From: Octopus vulgaris
Lineage: Eukaryota
Direction: 5' to 3'
Assembly: GCA_951406725.2 (NCBI GenBank)
Contig: OX597817.1
Coordinates: 133,610,001 to 133,674,000, forward strand
Length of the DNA: 64,000 nt
Shown here: positions 26,201 through 38,709 of the stretch, one piece after another
How positions within the stretch are numbered: position 1 is the first letter of the stretch
Layout: each line of letters opens with the position of its first letter
Notes under the pieces: model-generated
The model's input: only the letters and a program-made list of their open reading frames with translations
Database searches by the model: none
Told to the model about the DNA's origin: nothing
Made by a program: the position numbers and the translations under genes

Positions 26201-28544
26201 GACAGGATAATTCACACACACACACATGTATGTTTGTGTGTGTGTGTATGTATATATGTGAGTGAGTGTATATATGTATGTATATATTTGTATGTATCTC
26301 TGTGTGTAAATGTGTGTATCCTAAAATTAGACTTGCAATTATTGTAACAGACTGAATATGTTAAATTTGTTGTGGTTTCATTCTTAATAATGTTCATTTA
26401 TCTAATGTGTTAAATTACTATATGCCTCCAGCTCAGAGAAATGATGCTTAGTCCTAGCTGTCTGTTGAGCTGTTACTAAGTTCATCTGTCACGTGTCTGT
26501 TGGTGAGGTATAAACAGGTAAAATATATAATAAATAAAAAATAGAAATTAAAAATACCAAACAACAACAAAATATTATTGAAGAGACATTCTGCTACCAA
26601 GTTAATGACTTTGGATTTAAGTCTGTAATCTCAGTGTGTCACTCTATGATCACCATGAAAGATTAGAGTTACATTCTCAATCAGTGGTGAAATGTGTAGG
26701 AAAACTAACGAGTAAACAATTGTCCTTTATAGCTGCTAACCAAACTCTTGATATCTGGTTTACCTTGTGGATTTCTTAGTAAATACTAATAAATAATTAC
26801 TTCATGTAACTAATGGCTAAACGAGTTCAGAAAATACCTGACATACATCATGTCTGTCGGTTTATCTTTTGTTTCTTTACAATCATTTTTTTATATTTCT
26901 ATGTTACTCAACACTATTAGGCTAATCTTAATCCATTTTAATCCAGATAAAACCTCAATCAAGAATAGAATCCCGTTCCATGTGTTAACAAATGTAGGAG
27001 TAGGGGGAAACTTCTCTCTCCCACCTGTACAAGATCAATACCAAGTAACCACTGAAGATCCCGAGTAACATATATTTTACACACACACGCACACACACAC
27101 ATCAAGAGAGAAGCAAGTGATTTTGATTGTGGTAATCTATCCTGTGTAAATGATGGATCATGAATAAACATATCATAGCAAAGAAAACAGTAGAATCAGT
27201 AAGAATTAGCAAGTAAAAACAGTAAGATTTGAAGAAGGAAACAATGATTGTATTTAGAAAAGGGTACTCTGCTTGTAAGTTTACAATTTACTTTTCCATC
27301 ATGGCACACAAGACTTATTAGTATTTATATAAATGAAAGAATGTCTGTAGAGTCACTCAATTTGCTAGAAAAATCTGCCAAATCTTTCTTAAATTTCATT
27401 GTATTTAATGAAAAGGAACTGAATAAGTGTATAATGTAAGTCCTAGAAACTCCTAAAAGGCATAGACAATCATAAATAAAATACTTTTGATCATAGGTCT
27501 GCTATGTTAGGGTTGACTTGGGGGTTTAACAAGAACTTATATATGAAGATAAAACTAAGTTTATTAGTGAGAGGAAATATCTAACAATTTTTCCTTTTAT
27601 TTTTCTTTCTTTTTTATAATAAACCAGCACGCTTTAGTTATTCAACATATTCTACTAAATATACACCTGTTTGACACTGCTGAAACTTTAGCTCAAATCT
27701 AAATTCTTCTTTGCATCTTATATTCATAATTCATAGGTAAAAATAGAAAATTTTTTTCAACTAGATACACTCTAATTAACAATTTATAGTAGCAGATGCT
27801 CTGTCTCAATATGCTTCCAATCCCACCATGTCTCAAACTGGGCTACTGATTGTAGTTTGAGAGAGGATAGCAGTAGTGGAAAAGATTTTTCAGGAATGAC
27901 TCAAAGACTCTTTAGCAAAGAATTGAGGTGGTGATGGTGATGGTGGTGGTGGCAGCGGCAGTGCAAACCTGTTGATAATACTTTAAGGTGCTACCCTATC
28001 AGCTGACATATCTTATTCCATTTGACATTTTGGTATTATCAGTGTAGATGATATCCCCATCCTTGACCATCTGTCATTTTCCTTTCACACTCATGAATTT
28101 ACCTACACACCCACACTTTTCAGTATTCTATCCCTATTCTCTTTCTTGTGTCTTGAGGATACCCCTCACCATCTTTCTTTCTCGCTTTATTTTTGAGGAA
28201 GCCATATTTCTCTTTTACAGTAAGGCACCTGTTCTTGTCCCTCTATCATGCTTTTACCTTTCAATACCTTGCCACCTACCTCAATCCTACACCCACCAGT
28301 TATTGGAGGAGGTCTTGTAGTTTGATTGGTGACCTCATTAATGCTAGTTCCAAAAACAAAAATGCACCTGGTACACTCTGTAAAGTGGCTGGTGTTAGGA
28401 AAGGTCATCCAGCTGTGGAAACCATGCCAAAGTAGACATTGGAGCTCAGCACAGTCCTCTGGCTTGTTGGTTCCCGACAAACTATCCTACCCATGTCATG
28501 GGAAATAGATGATAGATGATGATGATGATGATATTGATTGTTAA

Positions 28545-28975
28545 TGAGTACCTTGGATCATAGGGTGACCTGCTGTGCTTGAGGAGACCTATTGAGTCAA
28601 GTACATCAATATGAAAATGAAAATCAAATAGAAATTGTAGTTGTGATACCCATGCTGGTGGCATGTAAAACGTGCCATCCAAACATGGCTGATGCCAGTG
28701 CCATCTTGACTGGCTTCCGTGCCGGTGGCACGTAAAAGGCACCATCTGATTGTGGCTGTTGCCAGCCTCCTTTGGCTCCTGTGCTGGTGGCACGTAAAAA
28801 GCAAGCACCCACTACACTCACAGAGTGGTTGGCATTAGGAAGGGCATCCAGCAGTAGAAACACTGCCAGATCAGACTGGAGCCTGGTGCAGCCTCCTGGC
28901 TTCCCAGACCCTGGTTGAACCGTCCAACCCATGCTAGCATGAAAAACGGACGTTAAATGATAATGATGGTGACGA
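28545..28975 (+). mobile_element. RTE 3'-UTR/tail fragment, preceded by an older tail copy at about 28360-28532
   Basis: Three ggtggca(c/t)gtaaaa modules, then the shared aggaagggcatccagc...aacccatgctagcatgaaaaacggacgttaaatgat tail. Confidence 0.85.
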
Positions 28976-30279
28976 ATGAAAAACTGGATATCTGAGGATT
29001 AAAACAGTAATCAGGTCCAACATGGAGTTAAACAAAATCCAACCAACAAACCAGACATTTCAATCAGCACCGTACTCTCCTCCCTCACTTAGGTTTTTTC
29101 TACTTGCACTAATTTACAGAAATTCAGGTTAGGCATCACCACATCAAAAGCCTTGATCAGAAATCATGGTCATCAAAAGCATGACCATGCAAAGGTCATG
29201 TGGACTGTCTCTCTTCTCCTTAATGTCTTATGTAAAAGGGATTACTTGAAAATAAACTTGGTGCATATATGCAACAAAACCTTTATAAACTAGAAACCTT
29301 AAGCTAGTATCTCCTGTGGCAGAATTGGAATCCCTGTGAAGGATAATCATGCAACATCAATATTAAATATTATATATACAAGAAAACCACCATAAACCAG
29401 AACCCCTAAACAATTTCAACATTACGAGAGCTAGAATTTAAATGAAGGACAGCTTAGAACCATGAGAACACAAGATACAATAGGTTAACATCAAAAGAAT
29501 ATATCCATCATCAGCTGCCTATTGAATATCACTATAGTTTCGACACCTGGGCAATACTATTCAATCCAGCAGTGTCAATGACATTAGAAATATTAATGTG
29601 TGGGAATTAATGGACAAAAAATAAGAGTGAAACATTAGTGTAATTTGTTTACACCTGCTACTTGTTGCATATGCAATCATCAAATCTGAAGCATAAACCA
29701 TTTCACACCTATAGCTACAGAGCATAGGAATTAAAAAAGTACAGCATACAAAACAGAAAAATATCCTCAACATGGATGTTACCAGCCCAAAAATTATAGA
29801 ACTTAAAAACGAAACAAACTTTAAACTGAACTTGCAAATTAAGTATATTGAACAAAATTTGTTGAATATGGAAAATACAAGTTGCCAATACATGGACTGT
29901 GGTCATGCTGGGGCACTGTCTTCACATGTCTTAGTTACTCATTCATGTCAACCCTAGTACATGTTTCTGCCTTGTAATTTTTCTTTAGTGATCTCTGACA
30001 AAATGCTAAAGTTCACAGCACTGATTTTTAAACCACTAAACATTAATGAAGACATACATTACAGAATGAAGCACAATTTTCATTGACCAAACTCCTCTGA
30101 TAAGATATTGGTCAACTTGAAACTTGTGTAAAAAGCATTTATACTAGGTGCTGCACAGTGGGGTCAAACCCAGAACTATATAACTAAACTTGGGCCTACC
30201 AGAAGAGAATGGAAATGGAAGGCAGGGGATGGTCGATGCTGTAACTTTCATACAGGGTACTGGTGCGTAAAGACCTTCA

Positions 30280-31475
30280 TAAAAGTTTAGTCTTGTGATG
30301 AGTATGGATGAAGACAGCTGTATAGAGAAGTGCTGGTTACTTAAAATGAGTGGAACTTGTGTAAGAGGCAAACTCATGAAGACATAGGATTAATTTGTGA
30401 AGGCTGATCTCAAGTTGAGTCTCATGGAAGAGATGGCAACGGACTGAGATGATTGGCAATTTTCTGTGCTTGAGACAACGCATTTGTGATGGCAAAAGGT
30501 TCCCTGTAAGCACCTTATCTAAACCTGTACATGCTGGGCCCAGTCAAGCATTTCCCACATTTTCATCCTCATAACATTCATTCCTCCATCATTCTTCTAT
30601 CAGTACATATTTGATTCCTCTTTTGCATTACAAGTTACCTCCTTCTCAAAGAACTACTTCCTATTAACATCCATCCCGCACTATGTTTACCAATCACCTG
30701 TCTGTGTCTTCAGTTATCTCTGCTCCTTCTGATGTACAGCTACAATCTGACATATCTCATCTTTAACACCCCTCACATCTGTCATCATTCGCAATGACCT
30801 TTCATATCTGCCATCAGTGTCTCCCCACACTCTCTTTCCTCACTCACTAAAACCAGCCTTATATCCCTTTTATCTCCATCTCTGTCACCGTACAACTCCC
30901 TCCCTCCCTCCCTATTATTACAACTTGCACATCACACTCCTCCTACTTTCCTCTCCTTAATATTCTCCTTCCTGAATAACTTCTATCTCTCTTACCTCAA
31001 TCCTCTCCCCCATACCGATATTTCCCTTCAACCACACCTCCACCCCTTCCCATTACATACTGCATTCACTCCTACCCTGACCTCTAACCATCTTATGCCC
31101 TACTCTTATGAAACTACATCCTTTTGCCTCTCAGTTCACAGTTTGTTTTCCTTCTTACATTCACTTTCTTGTATCATGAGAGTTCACTCTGGCATTTTGT
31201 CATCACCATCTTTGTTCTCCTAGTTACTCCCACCCATTCTCATATAATGCAGGATAAGTAGCTCCTATCTCCTCCATACTAAGGATCCTGTGTTTGTCCT
31301 TCCATCATGCTTTATTCTATTCTTTTCTTGTCTTGTGAGTTTAAGGCAACCCCACTTATGCTGGTAGCAGGAAAAAGTACCAAATAAGTACACACTGTAA
31401 AGTGGTTGGCATTTGGATGGGCATCTGACCACACAAACCATGCCAGAATGGAACATAGATTTTAAACGATGATAA
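30280..31475 (+). mobile_element. Older RTE LINE 3' end with long pyrimidine-rich UTR
   Basis: Peptide MDEDSCIEKCWLLKMSGTCVRGKLMKT*D..VKADL...D*DDW, then a C/T-rich UTR also seen at about 28000-28300, then the shared tail. Confidence 0.6.
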
Positions 31476-31544
31476 TAGTATATTCACACACATGCACATA
31501 CACATGCATATATATATATGTGTGTGTGCGTGTGTGTGTGCATA

Positions 31545-31760
31545 TAGACACAGGAGTGGCTGTGTGGGTAGGCTCAGGATTGGCTGTGTGCATAGGCGCA
31601 AGAATGGCTGTGTGGTAAGTAACTTGCTTACCGACCACTTGGTTCTAGGTTCAGTCCCACTGTGTAGCACTTTGGACAAGTGTCTTCTACTATAGCCTCG
31701 GGCCGATCAAAGCCTTGTGAGTGGATTTGGTAGATGGAGACTGAAAGGGGCCCATCATAT
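31545..31760 (+). mobile_element. CORE-type SINE 5' half with triplicated head
   Basis: Three 24-bp-spaced tag(g/a)c.ca.ga.tggctgtgtg units, then ggttcagtcccactg...ttggacaagtgtcttctactatagcctcgggccga. Confidence 0.8.
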
Positions 31761-31879
31761 AAATATATATATATATATATATATAGTTATGTATTAAATA
31801 TACATATGTGTATGTGTGTGTGTACATATGTGTATGTGTGTGTGTTTGTCTGTATCTATCTATCTATATATATACATAC

Positions 31880-31927
<48 letters not shown>

Positions 31928-31933
31928 TACATA

Positions 31934-32095
31934 GGCGCAGGAGTGGCTGTGTGGTAAGTAGCTTGCTTACCAACCACTAGGTTCCGAGTTCGGTCCCACT
32001 GCATGGTACCTTGGTTCAGTGTCTTCTACTATAGCCTCGGGCCGACCAAAGACTTGTGAGTGGATTTGGTAGGCAAAAACTGAAAGAAGCCTGTC

Positions 32096-32145
<50 letters not shown>

Positions 32146-32364
32146 GTATGTATATATTTGTCTTTGTCCTCCCCCTCCCAACATCACTTGATAACTGATG
32201 CTGGTGTGTTTACATCTCCATAACTTAGCAGTTCGGCAAAAGAGACTGACAGAATAAGTACTAGGTTTACAAAGAATAAGTCCTGGGGTATATTTGCTCG
32301 ACTAAAGGTGGTGCTCCAGCATGGTTTCAGTCAAATGACTGAAACAAGTAAAAGAATAAAAGAA
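31934..32364 (+). mobile_element. Full-length tRNA/CORE-type SINE (octopus OR-like) with CR1-type tail
   Basis: A/B boxes tggctgtgtggtaag and gagttcggtccc, core, internal (TA)n, 3' tail ggtggtgctccagcatggtttcagtcaaatgactgaaacaagtaaaagaataaaagaa. Confidence 0.85.
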
Positions 32365-33369
32365 AATACATATGCACACACTCATTTCTTATATCTACAT
32401 TAATATCAGTGTGTTGTATACAATAGACACCTTAACCAATGCAGTTACGTTCTGAACTTTGCCAACTTTAAACCCTTTTAAAGAACAATGCAGAATTTTC
32501 AGATGATGTCGAATAGCAACTTCAGAAAGTATTGATTATTTAACTTTTAAGTGGTATAGATCGGTAGAAAGTGACATTTAATTCCTGATAGATCAATAAG
32601 CTTTCACATAGATCAGCTTAAAGTCTACAATGGTAGAAGTGTGTATGATGGATTGAAAAGTGTGTCCACGGTGTTGTGTTATTTACAGCATTCTATGATC
32701 CCACGTCAAATGCATGCATCAGAGGTGTTTTCCTTTTGGTCATGTTTTTTTCTTTTCATTTTTCAGTTCTTTCCTTCTTTCTCTCTCTTTCTTTTCTTCT
32801 CCTACACTCTGTTGATGCATATAGTGCGCATGTGTGTGTATAGATAGATAGATATAGACATATTACTTTATTTCTAAATGTCAAAAACTAATAAGAATTG
32901 TAATGCGTTCAGTAAGGGAAATGTGAATAGTATTACTTCTTTTATAAGAGGACGGTACATTAATGATATAGAGTTGAATGTTTTAGTGTCAGAGATCATG
33001 TGATGTATATTTTCTGAAGCAAACGACTATGCTCATGGCCTTCATATGCCCTCCAATACTAGTGAAATAACTTAGTTACAACTTATAGGTACCAATTTGG
33101 GGACTGATTGCCTAAAACTATTGGTATTTATTATCCTAGACTTGTGTTCCCTTCTGTAGGATATCTAGCATGTGAGACCAGCTGCAGATATATTTGTTAA
33201 GCCACACAAATTACATATCAAATTGCCTCAATTATTAAAACCGATTTCAATATTTTCAATTGTCTTCCTCCTCTTAGACAATTTACTCTTGGTGAACGAA
33301 GCACAAAGACACTTCTTCCTTTTTTATTCTTTCACTTTATTCTACTTCTTTCTCCCCATATTCCCTTCC

Positions 33370-34210
33370 TATGCACATCTGTTGGTCTTCTTCTTGTGAA
33401 GTTTACCTTTTCAAGCAGCCCACTTGTGACCTCCACTACACTGTTTGTGTGTCCATAGTTAACACTTGATGTGTCATATAGAATTCCTACCAATGTCTTT
33501 CCTACATATTGAACAAAGCCATTTCCATGGTGGTAGCAGGTTCCCATCTTCTTTCCTACTTATTAATACTTCAGTTTTTTTGCTAAAATTCTCTTCAAGA
33601 CCTCTTAACAACACTGGATTAATCATTAAGCAAAATAAGCACATGCTTAGGGCATCAAGGGAAATAGGGGGCACCACAGAAATGGTAAATGGTTTACAGC
33701 ACAAAAGAAATCACTTTAAACTTGCTAATATAATATTCGGGGTGCCTTTATTTCTACTATGTATAGATGCAAATGTGTTACCTAAGATTTATTTTGAGGA
33801 TCTGATCAAAGATTTTGCGATTCAAAAAAGTAGGAGGAAACTTTTCAAATAAAAATAAAGTGGACGTATACAAAAATAAAAATTATTTTCCCTCTTACTG
33901 TTTTGTTTCGTTTTGAAGAATAAAAATTTATTTTATGGTTTGTTATCGTTTATATTTTGAATTACATAATCTTTTATGGGGGGAGCACCAAAATCTTTTA
34001 AGTGCTTAGGGCCTCAATGGGTCTTAATCTGGCCCTGCCTCTTAATAACAGATTTTGTTTTTATGTCTGGAATCTTTTTCCTAATTCTTCTACAGACTCA
34101 GCTGTAAAAGGTAGGGCCTCTGCATAAAGAAGTTTCCACATGCAGCCTGTCTTACTTTTGTTTGCTTTGACATGGGAGACTATAATGGACAGGGAAGGGG
34201 CCAGAACCAA
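33370..34210 (-). mobile_element. Decayed RTE RT fragment interrupted by a hAT element
   Basis: KTGCMWKLLYAEAL..AESVEEL..QNLLLRG (34210-34038) continues across the insertion as LRGLEENFSKKTEVL..KWLCSICRKDIGRNSI (33608-33470). Confidence 0.75.
33609..34037 (+). mobile_element. hAT (Tip100-like) deletion derivative
   Basis: Perfect 8-bp TSD cctcttaa (33601-33608, 34038-34045). Imperfect TIRs caacactggattaa / ttaatctggccctg. Subterminal tgcttagggc at both ends. Retains a hAT C-terminal-type peptide CIDANVLPKIYFEDLIKDFAIQKSRRKLF. Confidence 0.85.
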
Positions 34211-34704
34211 GTCCTGTTGTACTTCATTCTGCACTACCTTCTATATGATCAACTATCATATTTATTGTTGTATAATGAATAATGGCTTTTATCATGTGAA
34301 CAAATGTTATTATATCACTGTCGATGAATTTGATTTTACATTTTACAATGTACAAACTATGAGCATGAGTGTAATGGGGGGAGCTAAGTGAAAGGGTGGT
34401 AGGGGAGGGATTAAAGGAGAATTGTGTTAGCTACATATTATTTGTTGTTGGTAGTCTGTATGAGGTTGAATGGAAAATACACTCACACATATGATGGACT
34501 TCCTTGCAGTTTTCATCTACCAGATTTTCTCACAATATATTGGTCAACCTGAGCTTACAGTTTAAGACCCGAATAGTTGTACAGTATGATGGGATCTAAA
34601 ACCGCATAATTCTGAAACAAGCTTCTTAGCTGTATGGCTATGCCTGTGCTTTTTATATCTATCCAGCCTTCACGTACGTGTGTGTGCATGTGTGTCTTTG
34701 GATA

Positions 34705-34930
34705 GCATTTGGTGCTAAATAAATGTCACACAATCAACCAGACTATTAGATATTATTATACATCATGGGTCACAATGCACTTTGCATCATTTCAGCTTTC
34801 AAATGGTGCCACTTCACTGGCTTGGCATTCCCTTGATGAAGAATACAACATGCTTCTCAGTCCAAGAATTGAACTCACGATCTCGTGTTCATGCGTGCAA
34901 CACCCTAGCCACTAGGCCACATGCCTTCAC
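34705..34930 (-). mobile_element. tRNA-derived SINE
   Basis: - strand head gtgaaggcatgtggcctagtggctagggtgttgcac...gtgagttcaattc. Related heads at about 40720-40985 (-) and 58349-58620 (+). Confidence 0.65.
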
Positions 34931-35111
34931 ATGAAATAAATGTAATACAGTTTATCCATTTTAATCTGATGATTTACATTGCTGCTAATCAGGTTTCTAC
35001 ACATGATCCTTGAAGTGACAAAAGCTGAGTCTTTATCCTCTTCTTCCTTGAAGGATTGCACTTGATAAGAAACTCTTGGTAGTAATGAAGTGACTTGTCA
35101 GGTTTGTGTTG

Positions 35112-35146
<35 letters not shown>

Positions 35147-37400
35147 AACATATACACATGTTCATCTATATACATGCATACATAAATACATGTGTGTGTA
35201 TCATCGACATTTACTACTAGCATGGAAGCTGGACATTATATGTGTGTGTGTATGTATATGTCTACATGCATATATTTATACATTTATATACACATACCAA
35301 TATTCATATATATATATTAAATAGACATACACACACACAAATGCATTTATGCATATAAAAATATGAGTGTTTCCATTTCTTACTAAATTTTTTAACCAAT
35401 TTGATATTGTTACTTTGTTGAGTTCTAATTAATATTAATTAAAGCAGCAACAACGTCTTTGTAGCATGTCAGTAGCCCAGAGGGAATTCAACGATTGGAC
35501 TGAAGCATTAACATCAATTATGATGTCTCAGAAAGCTGTTTACCGATTCATCTTCATTGTTGGTTTCATTGATAACAACACAAACAACCACCCCACAAAC
35601 TACACAACTATTCAACCATACGAATAAATAAAATTAAGTTTCTATTTAAATTCCACTAAATCAGCATTGAAGAATTCTATCTTGAGACTTGTATAGAGAT
35701 TAATTTTAGTTGTATATTGTCTGATTCATTGAAGAAAGGAGCCAGCGGATACTCTTGTGTTTTTAGAATTTCAGAAATATGAAAACATGGAAAAAAGAAA
35801 AGAAAAGGAAAAATATTTTGTAAGAAAATGAAAAAAAAAAGAAAGTGATCTCAAACTGTTTATTTGTGTTGTTTGTATTGTTTATCTATGAAAATGTTAT
35901 AATAGATGTTATTGCTATATTTATATAATCCAATACAACAACGAGTTAGTGTAGATTACTCACTGGTAATATCACTGGGAAACAACTGTTATTCACTTGT
36001 CTTTGAAAAAGACTTTAGTGGGGAAGCATTGCTTTTGTAAAGAACAGAACAAAGCAGGAAAGGTTTGTAAGCATTCATTACTGATGTCTATAGTTATTAA
36101 TTCAGTTAACAATGGAGTTTGTATGTGGTCATTGACTCTGTTAGAAAAAGCAGCTAAATCTCTCTCTCATATTACATCTTACTGCCTTATAGAAAGAAAG
36201 GACATCAAATAAAGTAGTTTTCAATAACACTAAAATATCAGTCAGAGATGATCAGGGTTTAAACATGTTCAGTTACTGATCAGTTATCAATAGAATTGAT
36301 AAAATAAGGGATGATAAAATATTAGGATTGTTTTTGTTTTTCTTTTTATCACTCTTTTGTGCTTGTTTTTTTTTTCTTATTTTTTAAATGTACAGTTTAT
36401 CTCAAGGTGTATTTTACTCTGACTCTGGAATAGAAGATATAGATGTAGTGAAATTGATTTCACCATCTTTGTAAAAACAACTTTCTTATGGGTTGGGCTG
36501 CTACAAGGCACTCACTGCTGTATTTTATTGTTTCCAGAACATCATTTAACTCTCAGTGGTCCACTAAACACAACTACATGTACTACTTAAGGAGTGGGTG
36601 GTACTTACTGTTTCATTGGCTTACAAAACTGAATTTGTGATCCACTTTTGTAGACCAACAGCTAAGTGCTATGCTAGAAATGGCAGTCACATTTCCATTC
36701 ATATTGAGGGTGACAATAAAGTAAGTATTGATCATATATATAGTCGGTTTAGTTTTCAGTAAACCCTTCCCTTAAAAAAATATAGATGACTTTTAATAAA
36801 ATGCAAGAAGCTATTTTAAAAAATTTTTCTACCTTGTTTTACATTAACTAGTTTCCATACAGTATTTTATTTTATAATTGCTCTGAAAGACACTGTGTGC
36901 AGTAAAAGGAAGCATTCATTTGGTAGGTATCATTGTGAAGTCTTGTTTGCCATAATGTGAAATGCCAAGTGTAGTAAGCTTTTGTATGTGATGTAATAGA
37001 ATGAATGATAGTATTTACTACATTCTTAAACCAGTATCCCATTTACTTAATCCACAGTATACTAAAGGTGGATTCTAAAATAAAGGAATAATTTTGTTAT
37101 AATACCTCATATCACATTCATGGAAGTGATCTTTTATAGTTGTACCAGTAAGTGAAGACTTCTTAGGCTTTTTTTTTTTAAGGAGAGTTTATTGGAATTA
37201 AATGGCTCAGGAAGTTAGATCCACTCTCCAACACTTGAATAATGTTATACCATAGTGTCATGTAACTTACCTGTCTTAATTAGACTTAGATTCAACCAAC
37301 TGGGATATAGAAGTTATAAGAAGTACTTACAGAATTCTCATGTAAACAAACTTAAATCCATCCAAAAATGAAGAAAAAAATACTCCCATGTCTAAACACC

Positions 37401-37440
37401 ACTTACCTGTAATAAAGAGAAAATAGAAACAATTAGAAAA
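37401..37440 (-). promoter_or_regulatory. Candidate recursive splice site (3' acceptor fused to 5' donor)
   Basis: - strand ttttctaattgtttctattttctctttattacag|gtaagtgg: CTAAT branch-like motif, long pyrimidine tract and consensus CAG|GTAAGT. Confidence 0.5.
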
Positions 37441-37451
37441 CATTTTGATTT

Positions 37452-37491
<40 letters not shown>

Positions 37492-37494
<3 letters not shown>

Positions 37495-37790
37495 GATCTG
37501 GAAATAGAGGTAACTTGAATGTGGAGTATAAAAACAGAAATAATTCATATCATAAAAAAATATTCAGACAAATACAAAACAAAAACAAAAAGATCAGGAC
37601 TAACAAGTATATATAAGATACAGAAAATAGGACAACTAGGCACTGCACACATCCTGTGTAAAACACTTTCAATAGAGTGAAAATAAGAGCAACACAACAA
37701 ACCACAGCACCACATACCCAAGGCATACAGAGCTGTGCTTGGAAGTGCAGTGAAAGCACATGATAAAAATAAGACTATTGAATAATAATG
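37492..37790 (+). mobile_element. R4/Dong-clade 3' end inside a (TAA)n tract
   Basis: KDLEIEVT*MWSIKTEII...GLTSIYKIQKIGQLGTAHILCKTLSIE* matches an RLE-type C-terminus. (TAA)n at 37454-37491 and aataataat directly after the UTR. Confidence 0.8.
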
Positions 37791-37966
37791 ATAATAGTAG
37801 CTCATGTGTACCACAGCTTATCAAAGGTGCATGTATAATACATAGAATTATGAACAAATGTCAGGAAAGCGAGCAGTGTATGAGTCATGATATACATGTG
37901 TGCATGTTTATATTTCATTAAATTTCATTTCATCTCAAATAGAAATAAGATCTGAACAAAAATGAA

Positions 37967-38186
37967 CCCTTTTGCATTTAAATCGGTCATATCAGACCCA
38001 TATATTCTACAGGTTTCATGTTCCAACCAGCTAGATTCAGCCTCTTACAACTACCATACAATGTGATTCTAAAAATATACAGTCACATTGTTGAAATATT
38101 AAAGCTATGAGATAATGCAAAATTAATTCAAACCAATTTGAATAAATAAGCATTACACTTGACAGAGTAATCAGAATGCTAAAGGG
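37967..38186. mobile_element. piggyBac-like MITE, family B
   Basis: TIRs CCCTTTTGCATT...AATGCTAAAGGG. TTAA at 38187-38190, left flank TGAA. Confidence 0.75.
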
Positions 38187-38475
38187 TTAAACAACCAATT
38201 CAAAAAAGTTATCTTCTTACAGCTCTAACAATGGAATGAAGTATCATACAGCCTAGTAGACATAATACAGCAGATGAGGATTAGCTGGACAGCTGACCTT
38301 ATACTTTTGTGTGGGTTCAATCAACTAGGAAATGTTTGCATAAGTAAAAAAAAAAAATGAGTTAAGGGAAATAACAGCCGATAGTATAAAATTGTCAGGT
38401 GAAGAAAGTGTCAGGTATGCTGAATGCTGTATGCAACATGTCTCAATATAATGATAGCCAATATAAGTGTTGGCT

Positions 38476-38709
38476 AGGTGGTGAGCTGGCAGAATCGTTA
38501 GCATGCTGGGCAAAATGCTTAGCGGTATTTTGTTTGCCATTATGTTCTAAGTTCTAATTCCGCCGAGGTCGACTTTGCCTTTCATCCTTTTGGGAGTTGA
38601 TAAATTAAGTACCAGTTACATACTGGGGTTGATGTAATCAACTTAATCCCTTTGTCTGTCCTTGTTTGTTTCCCTCTAAATTTATCCCCTTGTAGGCAAT
38701 AAAGAAATA
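38476..38709 (+). mobile_element. Meta/MESC-like SINE, full length
   Basis: gaggtcgactttgcctttcatccttttgggagttgataaattaagtaccag. 16-bp TSD aatataagtgttggct at 38460-38475 and 38710-38725. The 3' end differs from that of 7348-7570. Confidence 0.88.
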
